A stretch of 64,000 nt of DNA. Origin: the human T2T-CHM13v2.0 reference genome, Homo sapiens. The position numbers were made by a program, and so were the translations under genes. Shown one piece after another: positions 1-22,499 of this stretch; within the stretch, counting starts at the first letter, position 1, and each line of letters opens with the position of its first letter. Where the stretch lies: the NCBI RefSeq assembly GCF_009914755.1, contig NC_060932.1. One strand, given 5' to 3'. The notes beneath the pieces were generated by a model that was not told the DNA's origin, did not search any database, and saw only the letters and a list, made by a program, of their open reading frames with translations.

Positions 1-39
1 AAGTGCTGGGATTACAGGTGTGAGCCACTGTGCCCGGCC
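1..39 (-). mobile_element. Alu 5' end (runs off window)
   Basis: aagtgctgggattacaggtgtgagccactgtgcccggcc is the reverse complement of the Alu 5' end. Confidence 0.95.
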
Positions 40-59
40 AGATAACCTTTAAGAATTCT

Positions 60-1770
<1,711 letters not shown>

Positions 1771-3439
1771 TTAGAAAATATGAGAATATTTAAAATTAGG
1801 ATACATCAAACATCATGATTTTGCCACAATTTGATGATTTTCATTAAAAGAAAAATTCATGTAATTTGTAACCATTTTACTGTTTATACGTATCTCATAA
1901 CATCATGCTGTATACTTTAAATACACAAAATAACATTTTTTAAAAAAATACTTAGAAAATATGAGAATATTTAAAATTAGGATACATCAAACATCATGGT
2001 TTTGCCACAATTTGATGATTTTCATTAAAAGAAAAATTCATGTAATTTGTTCCCACGTGTTGTATTTTAGGGTTGACATAATAGAACGCTATCAAAATTA
2101 GGAAGTTTCATAATGATCCATGTATGTACAACTGCACTCGGGTACCCCTGTCTTCTCTCACCTCTGTAAGAGCAATTTTGTTTGCATCTCTCAAGACTCT
2201 GGAGACATGTTTTACAAAAGCAGTTTGAAGTGAGTATTCATTCATTTGGGTTTTCCTGGTGTGGCCCTTTCAGCTCTGCAGAATGCCACAGCAATGAGGA
2301 AACTGTTTGTTTCCAAGCAGGAGATGCCAATGTGATGACAGACTTTTTGAAAGCATGTAGCTGGTGGCTGTTAAATCTGCATTTCCTGCCATGCATAATG
2401 GTCCATAAGCTGCTGGATGTGAGCAGAGAGTTGGTTAATAATCAAGCCTTCTTTTTCATAGTGTTTAACAATGCAAAGTGCTTTTAAATAATTATTTTAG
2501 CTAATCTTAACAATAACCCTATGAGATCGGTAGGGATATCCTGGCAACATAAGAACATATTAAACGTCATTCTCATAAGACAAAGGTCTATTTTCCCCAG
2601 TTTAGAACCTAGGTACTCTCTGATAAGTAGAATGCACACTTAAATTATATTATTTTCAACAAATGTCCATTGAGCCCCACCTATGGGCCAGTGGGCACTG
2701 CAAGATGTTGGAGAGCTGCAGATGAACAGATGAACAAGACACAGCTGCTTTTCTCAACTCCGTCTCTCAGGAGAGAGACATGAACACCACTATCATCAGA
2801 TGCTAAAAGTGCCATAATCAATGTCTTCTGGGAAAATGAGGGAGAGGAGAGAAGGTTTCAGAGAGCTGCAGAGGATGTTTGTGCTGATAGGATTCTGTCT
2901 GGCAGTGAAGTGAAGGGAGGACATTCCAGGGAATGGGTGCAGCATATAAGGGGGCAGAGGCATGGACTACATGATTTCTTCAGAGAATGAGAGGGGAAGG
3001 AAGGATGCATTCGATTAGCAGATGGTGGAGAGCCTTGTTTGCTGTGCCAAAAGGCTTGAATTAGTCCCACAAACCACGGAGGCAGTAAAGAGCAGATCTA
3101 GTTAGGTGTGAATCCAAATTCCAAGAACTTGCTGACTTGGGGGAGTTGCTTAATCATCATCTGTAAAATAGGGGTTATACTCAACCTTCTGGGTTAGTTT
3201 TGATAAGCACTTTATAAGCTGGTGTATATAAAGTGCTTGGCACAGTGCCTAGCACACAGTAAGTGTTGACTATTAACTACTATCCAGTAATATTTCCTAA
3301 TCTTTTTTGAATCAGGTTCCTTTGAGAATGAATGAGTCCTCTCCTCATATACAGTATTTTGTATATTATTTAAGGGGATTCACATTATCTCCTGAAACTG
3401 GAGTCCAAGATAAGAGTCCTGCTGTGTCTTCTCAAAATT

Positions 3440-3760
3440 TTTTTAACTTTATTTTTTTTTAGAGCAGATTTAGGTTCACAGCAAAATTAAGAAGATACAG
3501 AGATTTACCTTATATTCCCCACCCCCATTCATGTATAACTTCCCTGATGATATCAACATCCCTTACCAGAGTGGTACACTTGTTACAACTGATGAACCCA
3601 CATTGATGCATCATAATAACCCCAAGTCCATGGTTTACCTTAGGGTTTGTCCTTGGTGTTATATATTCTATGGGTTTAGACAAATCCATAATGACACATA
3701 CCCATCATTATAGTATCATACAGAGTAGTTTCACTGTCCTAAAACTCTGCGCTCTCATCT
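3440..3760 (-). mobile_element. L1MC-like 3' end fragment
   Basis: tttaggttcacagcaaaatt...ccagagtggtacacttgttacaactgatgaacc resembles the L1MC 3'UTR. Confidence 0.7.
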
Positions 3761-3765
3761 GAAGT

Positions 3766-4445
<680 letters not shown>

Positions 4446-4555
4446 TCTTTATGTGAAATTTTAAAGCAGGAGAGTGCTAATATCAGGTTTTATTTTTTAT
4501 TTTTGTGGGGAGAAATACTGGGTATTGGAGAAGGACACCAACTTTGGTTCTCAAA

Positions 4556-4850
<295 letters not shown>

Positions 4851-5294
4851 TGGTTCTCAAATCTGACTGTACATTATAATTACCTGTAGTGATTCTTAGA
4901 AACCCTGGTGCACCCAGCGTCACTCTTAGATATTCTGATTCAGTTGGTCGGGGTCAGGCAGAGCATCAGGATTTTTTACATCTTCCAGGGAATTCCAATG
5001 TATAGCCAGTTTTAAGAACCATTTGGCTGTCTCCAATGTTAGACAGCCAGAGAGAGGAGAAGAGCAGAAGACGAATGGAAAGAAGAATAAAGGAGAGGAA
5101 AGATTCAGAACACTTTGGAGATGGAATCAATCAGACCAAGCACCCAATTACATGCAGTGAGGGAAAACGGTGTGAGGTGGTCCAAAAGGGGAGGAGGTAT
5201 TTGTGTTTTGTTTATTGTTTACTACTTTTTCTTCACTATGTAAAAAGGAGGAGTGGGCAAGAAGAAAATAATTCATTCAACAAACATATACTTA

Positions 5295-5630
<336 letters not shown>

Positions 5631-6699
5631 AATACACATATTAAGTGCAAACTGTGGATCGAGATTTTGTTTTGGGCATCTTTAACATGCCTGTGGAACA
5701 TGGACATGGCACATAGGCACCTGAAAATACCAGAGCAATTGGAAGTCACCAATTCATAACTGGGTGATCGTGAAAGAGTGTGGATGAGATCACCAGGAGA
5801 GAGTCGAGGAGAGCCAAGAGGGTGATGAACATGGGGAATCATGGACCACGGACCCCGGGGGATTGGGGAGGAAAGCCTTTGTGTGGGATGGTGAGGGCGT
5901 GAGAGAAGGAGGCAAGAGTTTCCAGAAGGAGTGGGTGGCCAGTGTGTGAAATGCAGTAGAGAGATGGCCAGAGGTGAAGGCCAACAGGAGCAGGCCCCTC
6001 ACTTGATGATTAGGAGAGGGCTGTGGCTTTTGAGACAGTGGCAGGGATGGAAGCCAAATTCCAGTGGCTGCAGATGAAAAAGAAAGTGAGGAAGCACAAG
6101 CATTGACATAGGAAGTTTGGGGAAAAAGCAATGAAAGCAGTAGCACAGGGAAGGAAGGGTGGAGGACAGAGCTTTATTTTAGACTGGAGTGGCATTATTG
6201 TAGTCTGAGGGGAAGGAGCCAGGCTAGAGGAAGCCATGAAAAATACAGAAGAGGGAGGAGACGGGCAGTGGAGCCAGGGCTCCGCTGCGGCAGGCGGCCC
6301 GGGGCTCACAAACACTGGGTGAGGAATTGCTCTTGGATGGGACTAGGGATGCTTGTTTCTTGGAGGCTAAAGTGAAGAAGTTTCCAGAATGATGCAGGCC
6401 TGTCCGAGAAGCCACCCAGGGTCATTTCTGATTCCCGTGACAGCCTCCTGCCTATATTCTCCCACTTCCCAGGACTCAATCTATTTTGTGCTCCCCTTGA
6501 ATGCTGCCTCCACCCCAGGACTTGAGGCTGGCTGGAGAGTGAGATGGGATAGCTGAGGTTTCCATCTCTTTCACTGTCCCAGAAGAAAAGCATGGGGCCT
6601 CTTTCTGTTTCTAGTTTATGGCTAATCACAATGCATGAAGAATCCAGCTGCAGCTACAAAGATTTGTGGATTCTCAAAAGGTCTTCAGTTATTCTTACT

Positions 6700-8837
<2,138 letters not shown>

Positions 8838-9134
8838 TCATGAACTAGTGTTTGCTCAAATGGTTACTCACTCCTCTCATGTGGCTGCATTTCTGGAAGC
8901 CTCCAGCCAGTGTCAGTCTCATCTTGGAGGCCGGGGTCCACATATTAGTGTAGTCCCCTTACAGCACATCTCAAAAGGAGGCAGGAACGTGAGAAGACAT
9001 TACCCTGAAAAGATGGCAGGAGTGCGAAAGGACACTAGTGGGCTACTTTCTTAGAACTTTAGGGAGAAAATCCGTGAATGATACCTGAGGGCCTCTATTT
9101 TTGTTGTTGTTGAGTGGTAGGCAAAGTTGCCTAT

Positions 9135-9428
9135 TTTTTTTTTTTTTTTTTGAGATGGAGTTTCACTCTGTCGCCCAAGCTGGAGGGCAGTGGTGCAATC
9201 TCGGCTCACTACAACCTCTGCCTCCCAGGTTCAAATAATTCTCCTGCCTCAGCCTCCTGAGTAGCTGGGATTACTGGCGCTAGCCACCATGCCTGGCTAA
9301 TTTTTGTATTTTTAGTAGAGGCAAGGTTTCACTATGTCGGCCAAGCTTGTCTTGAACTCCTGATCTCAAGTGATCCACCCACCGCAGCCTCCCAAAGGGA
9401 TTACAGGTGTGAGCCATTGCGCCTGGCC
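9135..9428 (-). mobile_element. Alu
   Basis: Dimer; TSD aaagttgccta. Confidence 0.95.
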
Positions 9429-9469
9429 AAAGTTGCCTAATTTTTAAGAAAATTGTCTTTATGGTCATA

Positions 9470-9675
9470 GAAGCCTGGGTTTAAGTCCTGGCTCTGCCAC
9501 TTATTGCTGTGAAACCTTGGGCAAATCACTTAAACACAGTAAGTCTTGATGTCCTCATTTGTACACCAGGGGTGAGAACAGTACCTACAACACAGGACCG
9601 TTGACAGGCTAAATGAGACACCTACAACGTATCTGGCAATGGCAAGCCACCGCCTGAGTGTCAGCTATTATTGTT
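9470..9675 (+). mobile_element. MIR
   Basis: ctgggtttaagtcctggctctgccactt...gtgaaaccttgggcaaatcacttaa core. Confidence 0.7.
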
Positions 9676-9746
9676 ATTATTTTATAATGAGAGAGAGAGA
9701 AGGGTGACTAGCACCGAGGGCTCAAAAAAACAAAAAACGAAAAAAA

Positions 9747-10057
9747 GGCTGGGTGCGGTGGCTAACGCCTGTGATCCTAGCCTTTTTTGAGACCGTGGAG
9801 GCAGGTGAATTGCTCGAGCTCAGAAGTTCGAGACCAGCTGGGAGAGATAGTGAAATCCCATCTCTACAAAAAGCACAAAAATTAGCCAGGCATAGTGGTA
9901 TGCACCTGTAGTCCCAGCTACTTGGAAGGCTGAGGTGAGGTGAGAGGATGGCTTGGGCCTGGGAGGCGGAGGTTACAATGAGCCAAGATCATGCCACTGC
10001 ACTCTGGCCTGGGTGATAGAGCCAGACCTTATCTCGGGGGGCGGGGGGTGGGGAAGG
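9747..10057 (+). mobile_element. AluJ-like element ending in a G-rich tract
   Basis: Dimer ending atctc followed by G6-C-G6-T-G4. Confidence 0.9.
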
Positions 10058-10546
10058 CACAGCTATACACAATAATAAGAGAAACACAAGCTAGAAGTGC
10101 ATAAAAATGTCATTCTTCATCTTCCAAATTGGCAGAGCCTAGAAGTTGGCTGACACTGTTGGTGGAACACAGGGAAGCTGGTGGGAGGGTAAATTGGTAC
10201 AACCTGCTCCACGGAGAGAACTTTGGCAACTGCTAAGAAAATTACAAATAAACATGTCCTTTGGCCCAGTCAGTCCACTTCCAGGAATTTATGCCACAGA
10301 TATCCTGGCACATATGCAAAATAAGGTAGGTTCAGGTTATTTATTTCAGCACTGTTTGCTTAACAAAATATTGGAAGCAACCTAAATATCCATGAGTAGA
10401 GAAAGGTTAAATAAATCATGGTCTATTTATACAATGCAACAAATAAAATGAAAAACTTCCTGTATATACTGATGTGGAACACTTTCCCAAATTGATTGTT
10501 ACATGAAAAATGCAAGGTGCAGGATTGTATGTATAGCAGGATATAA

Positions 10547-10904
<358 letters not shown>

Positions 10905-13000
10905 CATGTGTCTTTTTATATAACCAGAAGACCTCTGAAAGGGCAGAGTAGAGGAAAAGTTTTTTTGTACACTCTTTTGTAGTTCTTGAAATTTGAGCCA
11001 TGTGAATGTATTATCTGTTTAAAAAAAAAGGTGAAGATTTTAATTTTTTAAAACTTGTGAGTACTAATGCTCAATGCTTCTTACCTGTTACGTGATGATT
11101 GGTTCTAGGAATGGTGGATGGTAAATCTCTCTCAATGACAGCAAATGTCAAATACAAAAGCAATGATAACAAAGGTACTAAAGACCCAGACATTCTTTGG
11201 GTTCTGTGCTTGATGATGTAATTGTTGGCTTGCAAGGGAGTTGTTCACGAGGAGATAATAACCTGATTATGCCCAACGGAATCTGTATCAATCGGCAGAG
11301 AATGTTCTGTATTTCTCCCAAGTTTTTGAAAACAATTTTTTTCTTTTTCATTTCTTCCAGCATAAAAATGCATAGTTAACATGCATTTGGATGTTAACTG
11401 TGAGCCATATGGATTTAACTGTGCTTTTTTTGGAAAGAAGCAAGAGGGAGAGTGGATATACATTTTCTTCACGTTTCTTCTGCCTTCTATTTAGCTAGCA
11501 ATTTTGTGAGAGAACCTCTAAGCACAGCTTAGAGGAATGTGAAGTTGGCCTCCCAGTGGGCACTACTTCTCTGTTTTGAGAGTTTCTCTGCATGGCAAGC
11601 CCTCCTATACTCCTGCCAAACACTACCAGTCTCCAACTTCCTTACTACACATTGCAAAATTTTATGCAGGTTTTTTCCCCCTTCCTTCTGATTTGTTTCT
11701 AATCCCCTAACTCCCTGCAAGTCTAGTTGCCCTGGGTCCTTCTAAGACTCCATGGAAGTAAATGGGTGTTAATATTATTAATTGATTACTTCATTCCATA
11801 AACATTTACTAAGTCCCTAGTATGTGTCTGGCACCATGTCAGTGCTGGAAACTTGAAAAAGAATGAGAAATGATTCTGAATTTAAGGCACTTACAGTTGT
11901 TTTGGAGAGACAGAAATAAAGTACAGCGTGGGAAGTACGTGGGTGCTATGTGAGCACCAGAAAGGGGCACCTAACCCAGCTTTCGTGGGAGAGTGGGATA
12001 GGAAGGGATTCCTGGGGAAGCAAGGCGTGAGGAAAGGCTTAAAGGATAAGTGGAAGTTAACCAGGGAAGGTGGGGTGAGGGGGATGAGCGGGGTTGGATA
12101 TTGGAGGTAAGGACTACCTGTGTGAGAGTGAGAAGGAGCCTTCTGTGTGATAGGAGGGGTACGGTTTCAGCAAGAGCGAAGGCTTAGAGGTGAGAAAACA
12201 CCCCAGGGGTATGTGTGTTCACGCAGTTTAACTAGGATGTGATGTGTGCAGCAGGAAATGGCAGTAAATGAGGAAAGGAGGACGTTATTGAGAACATCAA
12301 GTGCAACAGAGGGGCAGAAACACAGGGCTGAAGATACTAACAAGTAATAGGTCATGGGTGACCTTGATGAAGTGGTTTCTCAGGAGTGGTAGGGCCTGAG
12401 ACAGGATCTGGTATATTGAGGAGTGAAAGGGAGGTGAGCCTACACTCAGATGATAGTTAACATTTACAAACCACTTTCTATATGACAAGGCTCTAATGCA
12501 TTCATTTCTCACAACAGCCTGAGAGGTAGACATTATCCACAGCCTTATTTTACAGATGAGGAAACTGAGGCATAGAAAGGTTAAGCAACTTGCCAAAGGT
12601 CATGCAGGTAGAAGTGGCAGAACTGAGACCTTAAGGCTCCAGAAACCAAACTCCTGACCAGTAAGAAACTGGGATTCCAGAAATGCAGCCATTGCTAGAG
12701 AGTGACTCAAGGCTACTGGAGATTGTAGCACATTTATAGACACAAAGAAAGGTGCCTGGAGACATGCGGAGAGTGATGTCTGACAGAGCAAGGTCCAGGA
12801 GGATAAGGCTGAGCCCTGGATTTGACAACGAGAAAATCACTGGTGACTTCTCAGATAGCAGTTTCAGCAGCAGCTGGGGACAAGCCAGATGAACCAGAAT
12901 GAGGGGAAAAAGGGCTTAAGAGCCACCATTCAAGCACAAGGGGTGGCAATGCCCGAGGGTTGGATGGAGACAGCCCCATCCAGAGGCAGCAGAAAGGGAG

Positions 13001-13033
13001 TGCATTAGTCAGGGTTCCCCAGAAAAAATATAG

Positions 13034-13079
<46 letters not shown>

Positions 13080-13564
13080 ATGGAGAGAGAGAGAGACAGA
13101 GAGAGAGATTTATTATAAGGAATTGGCTCAAGTGGTTATAGAGGCTGACAAGTTCTAAGGTCTGCAGTTGGCAAGCTGGAGACCCGGGAGAATTGATGAT
13201 GTAGCTCCAGTCTCAATGTTAGCAGGCTTGAGACCTAAGAAGAGTTGATGTTTCAGAATGAGTTCGAAGGCAGGAAAAAAATCCAGCATCCAAGTTGGAA
13301 GACAGGCAGGAGGAGTTCCATGCAGGCCTTCAATTGATTGGATGAGGCCAACCCACATTAGGGAGGACAATTGGCTGTACTCAGTCTACCAATTCCAAGA
13401 CTATTTTCTTTTTTTCCCTTTTTTTCCTCTGCATTTTTGCTCTGCTTTATCAAATGTTGATTTCATCCAGAAACATACTCACAAACACACCCAGAATGAT
13501 GTTTGATCAAATATCTTGTCGCCCTATGGCCCAGTTAAGTTTATATCTAAAATGAATCATCACA
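13001..13564 (-). mobile_element. MLT2 (ERVL) solo LTR containing a (TG)n(GA)n microsatellite
   Basis: TG...CA termini, 5-bp TSD gggag (12996-13000 / 13565-13569), gatttattataaggaattggctca motif; (TG)n at 13037-13077. Confidence 0.85.
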
Positions 13565-13595
13565 GGGAGATAAGGCCAAGTATGACTGCAGATAA

Positions 13596-14135
<540 letters not shown>

Positions 14136-14601
14136 TAGAAACAATTTCTTAAACCAACTTCAGCTGGATCCCTGAGGTCAGGGTGACGTTTTCCATTTCT
14201 CAAATGTCTTTGAAAGGGTGGAGGCTGAGCTTTCAATAGTAATTATTATTTATAACTTTTATTATTATCCAAAAAAGTGCCAGTTTTGTGATTGGCATTT
14301 AAAAACACTGAGTTATGTTCTGATGATGACAGACTCTTGCTAACCATATGGTTACCTTGTATCAGTTACCGAGATACACATGTTCAGCCCTGCTAAATGT
14401 CCTGGCCCTTGAACCTTTTCACAGACAGTGCGTGAGTGAGGCTGGGCGGTTCAGTGACCTGGGCGGTTCAGGAGTCTGTCGCTCAGCCAGGAAGTTTCAC
14501 AGCCAGAATTTAAACATACATCTGTTAGACTCTAAAACCAATAGCCTCACCACTATGCAAGCACACTCGTAATCCAGTATGTCCACCAAATTTCATTCTA
14601 A

Positions 14602-15400
<799 letters not shown>

Positions 15401-15550
15401 AGAAATTTTAAATGAAGGGTTTGCAAGGCTCTCCAAGAAAACAGACAGGCATTATTTATTATTTCCCAAAGCTTTTGCTTCAAAATACATACAACATCTT
15501 ATTTTTTTAATTTAGGAAATTTTTATTAACAAAATTCAAATTTGAGGGGG

Positions 15551-16578
<1,028 letters not shown>

Positions 16579-17919
16579 ACAAAATTCAAATGTTTATTTC
16601 AAATAAATTTAAAGAGGGAAAGAAATATCCACCAAAATGTTACCTCCGGAATTAGCTGTCACACTTCTCTGTTTCCCCTGAGACTGTCTATAGGCATATA
16701 CAGTGTGTATGTGTATATATGTTTGTGCAGATATATTTCTTTACATAAAGAGCATCACTGGGTACCTATGCACACATAAAAATATAATTTTAACACCATT
16801 TTGATGGCTACCTGAAATACTTTTATAACAGACTTGTCTATGCCATAAGTTCTTGGGAAAACAAATAATCATAATATCAATTGATATAAGAATATTTGTC
16901 AGTTTACTTAATAAATGCTAGGAGGAAGTCTGTTAAAATTTTTTTGTAATTTGTATTGGAGTGCCTTCACTGTTTAATATAGACTGGAGGGTGGTAGAGC
17001 ATACAGGTGAAGTGTACAGGCTGAGGCTTAAATCTCAGCTCCCAGTTCCCCATTTGCTGTGTGACCTTGAGCAAGTCGCTTATCCTCTCTGTGCCTTGGT
17101 TTTCTAATCTATATAAAGGGGAATAATAGAACTTAAAAGAGTTAGTCCATGTAAAGTGCTTTAGATCAGTGCCTGGCTCCTGGTAACAATTAGTTTGTGT
17201 TACAAGATATATTCATCTGTACTCTATAAACATTCAAGTTGCTGAGTCACTTAGTCCAAGAAAACCCCAAGGCAGTTTGACACAGCTGAGGCGGTTGTAG
17301 GGGAATTTTTCAGGCTGATTTCTGGGGTGGGAACTTGGAGTCTGTATTTTTACAGAACTCTTCAGGTAAGTGACTCTTAAGGTCAGCCGGGCTTATGAAC
17401 CACTGGGTGAGAACACTGGGCACAGTTAGACAGCAGTTGGGTGGTGGGCGAGACTGGAAAGATTCAGAACAGTGAGTTTGAGACGGCCCGCCCAGACACA
17501 GTGGCCCTTTGTAAGCAGCAAAGCAGGGTGATATGATATTTAAAACTGGAACTTTGTCAGCTGAGAGTCAGTTGAGATAAAGAAGGCCAAAGCAACAAAA
17601 AGGTGGAAGAAACCCACAGATCGAGTAGGTTTCTCTCTGAAGTTACCGAGTAGTTTGTGCGGGAATATTTTTTCTTCTTTTTGTTCCATTTGGTTTTGTG
17701 TATCTTATTTTTAAAAGCATGCAGAGATACATTTTTTCCTCCTTGTGATAACAGCTAATGTTTACTTAGTGTGTGTCATGGCTGTGCTAGCAGTTTTTAA
17801 GCTTTCTTCATGTAATCTTCCAGACAGCTGTATGAAGCATGTTCTATTGTTCCCACTTTAAAAGGAAAAAACTAAAATTTGGAGACGTTAAATAACTTAC
17901 ATAAGGCCCATATCCATTT

Positions 17920-18710
<791 letters not shown>

Positions 18711-18936
18711 CTGGCTTATGCTTATATTACTTATACTTTATCAAAGGTAACTATATGCTAGACACTTTTCTTGTGATTTCTACATACTGACTCATTCAGT
18801 CCTCATAACAGCCCTATGTGTACATGCGGTTATTATTCCCATTTTGCAAACGGGAAATTGAAGCAAAGAGAGGTTATGTGGCTTGCCCAAGGTCACATAG
18901 CTAGCAGTGACAGAGCCAACAACACACAGCTAATAA

Positions 18937-19452
<516 letters not shown>

Positions 19453-20464
19453 CTAAACCTTACCTTCTGCTTTAATTTATAAAATGGAGGACTCCTAGCT
19501 GGTTGCCATGAGAAGGAAACCATAGTCTCTCCCGAAGATTAAAACAGCCTCATTAGGGTCCACCTTAAAGCCCTAATTCCTTAGTGAAACCTCCAAAATA
19601 AATGTCATGGATGCGTTCTAAAGTTAATTATTTTAAAAAGCATCCATGGAATCTCACTTGCCATTGTTTTCATTAGAACATTGTTTTGCTTTTCTTTTAT
19701 CAAGCAGGACTCTTTAATAAACAGAATTGAGCCATCTAGCTGTCTGTCCATTCAACAAACAGTAAGCACCTGCCAGAGCCAGCCACTCTCCCAGGTGCTG
19801 GGATGCAGCAGCAATGAATAGACATCACAGAATTGACATTCCAGACACGGGAGGCAGGTAATTAACAAATCAACACACAAGAAAAGATCACGTGCAAACA
19901 AGTGCTACAAAGAGAAGAGGAATGTGGTAGAGGCTTCCTTAGGAAGGTTTCACTGAGGAGAAGATATCTGAGCTGATGCTTGGAGGCAAGAAGGAAGCAT
20001 CTTCCAGAGTGAGGGAACGGTGATTCCCTGGGGTCAGAATAAGCATGGCTTGCTTAAGGGACAGACAGAAACCCCATGTGACAGAAACATGAGCATGGAA
20101 GATTGGCATGAGATGAGGTCAGAAAGTTAGGTGGTGCCAGGTCATACCATACATCAAGGCCAGTTTTGGGACTTTTACTCTGAGAGGGGAAGCTATTGGA
20201 TGGTTTTAGGCAACATACTGGATAATTACCACCCTGGGCATTGAAAAGCCCTTCTTATTTTTGGGAATCACAAAACTTGTGGCATATCAGGCATCAGTTC
20301 CACTATTGAAGCTACAACTTAGAAATGAATAGAAAAGATGGTTTCTCTCCCCCTCCCCCTGGCACTTAGAGCAACGTCAATCAGATAGATGCTCCTACCT
20401 GGGACTTTGAATCATGAGGTCATCTTCCAAGACGTAAGGTCAGTTAGAAATTAATAGGGTGGCT

Positions 20465-21353
20465 CCCCATCCGGGAGGGAGGTGGGGGTCAGCCCCCGCC
20501 AGGCCAGCCGCCCCGTCCGGGAGGGAGGTTGGGGGGTCAGCCCCCCGCCCGGCCAGCTGCCCCGTCCAGGAGGGAGGTGGGGGGGTCAGCCCCCCGCCCG
20601 GCCAGCCGCCCCGTCCGGGAGGTGAGGGGCACCTCTGCCGGGCCGCCCCTACTGGGAAGTGAGGAGCCCCTCTGCCCGGCCAGCCGCCCCGTCCGGGAGG
20701 GAGGTGGGGGGGTCAGCCCCCCCGCCCGGCCAGCCGCCCCGCCCGGGAGGTGAGGGGCGCCTCTGCCCGGCCGCCCCTACTGGGAAGTGAGGACCCCCTC
20801 TGCCCGGCCACCAACCCGTCTGGGAGGTGTACCCAACAGCTCATTGAGAACGGGCCATGATGACAATGGCGGTTTTGTGGAATAGAAAGGGGGGAAAGAT
20901 GGGGAAAAGATTGAGAAATCGGATGGTTGCCATGTCTGTGTAGAAAGAGGTAGACATGGGAGACTTTTCATTTTGTTCTGTACTAAGAAAAATTCTTATC
21001 CTGTTGATCTGTGACCTTACCCCCAACCCTGTGCTCTCTGAAACATGTGCTGTGTCCACTCAGGGTTAAATGGATTAAGGGCGGTGCAAGATGTGCTTTG
21101 TTAAACAGATGCTTGAAGGCAGCATGCTCCTTAAGAGTCATCACCACTCCCTAATCTCAAGTACCCAGGGACACAAACACTGCGGAAGGCCACAGGGTCC
21201 TCTGCCTAGGAAAACCAGAGACCTTTGTTCACTTGTTTATCTGCTGACCTTCCCTCCACTATTGTCCTATGACCCTGCCAAATCCCCCTCTGCGAGAAAC
21301 ACCCAAGAATGATCAATAAAAAAAAATAAATAAATAAATTAAAAAAAAAAAAA
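20465..21353 (+). mobile_element. 5'-truncated SVA retrotransposon (VNTR + SINE-R + polyA)
   Basis: GC-rich VNTR units ccgggagggaggtggggg...ccagccgccccgt; SINE-R cccaacagctcattgagaacgggcc...gcgagaaacacccaagaatgatcaataaa; 19-bp TSD agaaattaatagggtggct 20446-20464 / 21354-21372; TT/AGAAA cut site. Confidence 0.98.
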
Positions 21354-22499
21354 AGAAATTAATAGGGTGGCTGTGGTGGGGTCAGGAGCGCCCAGGAATG
21401 AGTGTGCCGTGGCAGCAGAGTCCAGCATATGGCAACCAATGTCCACTGACACCTGGCTGCCCGTATGTCTCCTGTGGTATGGTATCAGTGGCATAGCAAG
21501 CCGTGCTGGGAGCTTTGCTGTGACAGCCTTACTTGGTACCTTGTTCTCCAGTCTTCCTCTTGATTCTCTGAGCTCCCTAGTCACTTTCAATAAATCCCTC
21601 CTCTGTTTAAACATTAGCCAGAAGTTGTTGTTTGAAACCCAGCACCTTGACTAGTACAGCGGGGGAGTGAGCCACATTTTCAAAAGATAACTGGTAAATG
21701 GAAAATGGATTTCAAAAGTCTGCTAAATGGAAAATGGTTTAAAAGGGTTATCAGCCATTGGCCAGTCAGAAACAGAAGACACTGTAGGTATTTCAGTAAA
21801 TATAAAGAATTGGTTTCACAGGCATTAGAGGGCTGAAAGAGTAAAAGGAAAAAGGAAGAGGCTAGGTAACCTAGGGATTAATAACTGCAGGAAGCAGCTC
21901 TCGCTCCCAAGGCTGACCAACAGGAGGGAACAGGTGGAGTTGCCTGTACTGAGGAGCTTGGAGGAGGGGCCCCACGGGGCTGGTGCTTGGATTTCTGAGG
22001 ACAGCTCTGCCTGGCTCAGATCTCGGATGAGGGGGTTGCTGTCTGGCTGGTGTTTCCACCAAAGGGGCGTGGCTCTGCAGGTGCTCAGACCTCCCTGGGG
22101 TGCAGCCCAGCAGGTGAGGGGGTGTGGCATGGCTGCTGCTGGCACCTGGGGCTTGAGGGGAGGCACAGCAAGGTTGGTACTGAGAATACTCAGAAGCTGG
22201 AGCTAGGGCCAGTTATGTGCTGCTACTGAAGTAAAATTGAAAACAGGAAGTGGAAAACAAGGTAGAAGTCCCTTCTTTTCTTCTGCTTTGTGATCTCCTT
22301 CTAATGCCTCAGATTGGAAAACCTAACAGGAAGCCAGCTAGCTGGGAGGTGGAGAGATTTCGTTTGCATCATCCCAACCCCAGGATTACAGAGAAGAGCA
22401 TAGAAAGATATCTTGGAGATCACAGATAAATCGCCAGCACAGACAACATCATGTCCAGTTAGGAGGCCATGGCAGTAGCCCAGGAGAGAGAAGATGATG

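Noticed and set aside
11205-11270. C/D-box snoRNA (TGATGA...CTGA)
   Set aside because: Imperfect C box, short spacing, no clear terminal stem or recognisable guide.
17345-17372. Micro-exon (tttttacag...caggtaagt)
   Set aside because: Lies in a MER5-like relic and has no partner exons; chance match is likely.
20465-20830. CpG-island promoter or CRISPR-like array
   Set aside because: It is the SVA VNTR; units are contiguous with no unique spacers.
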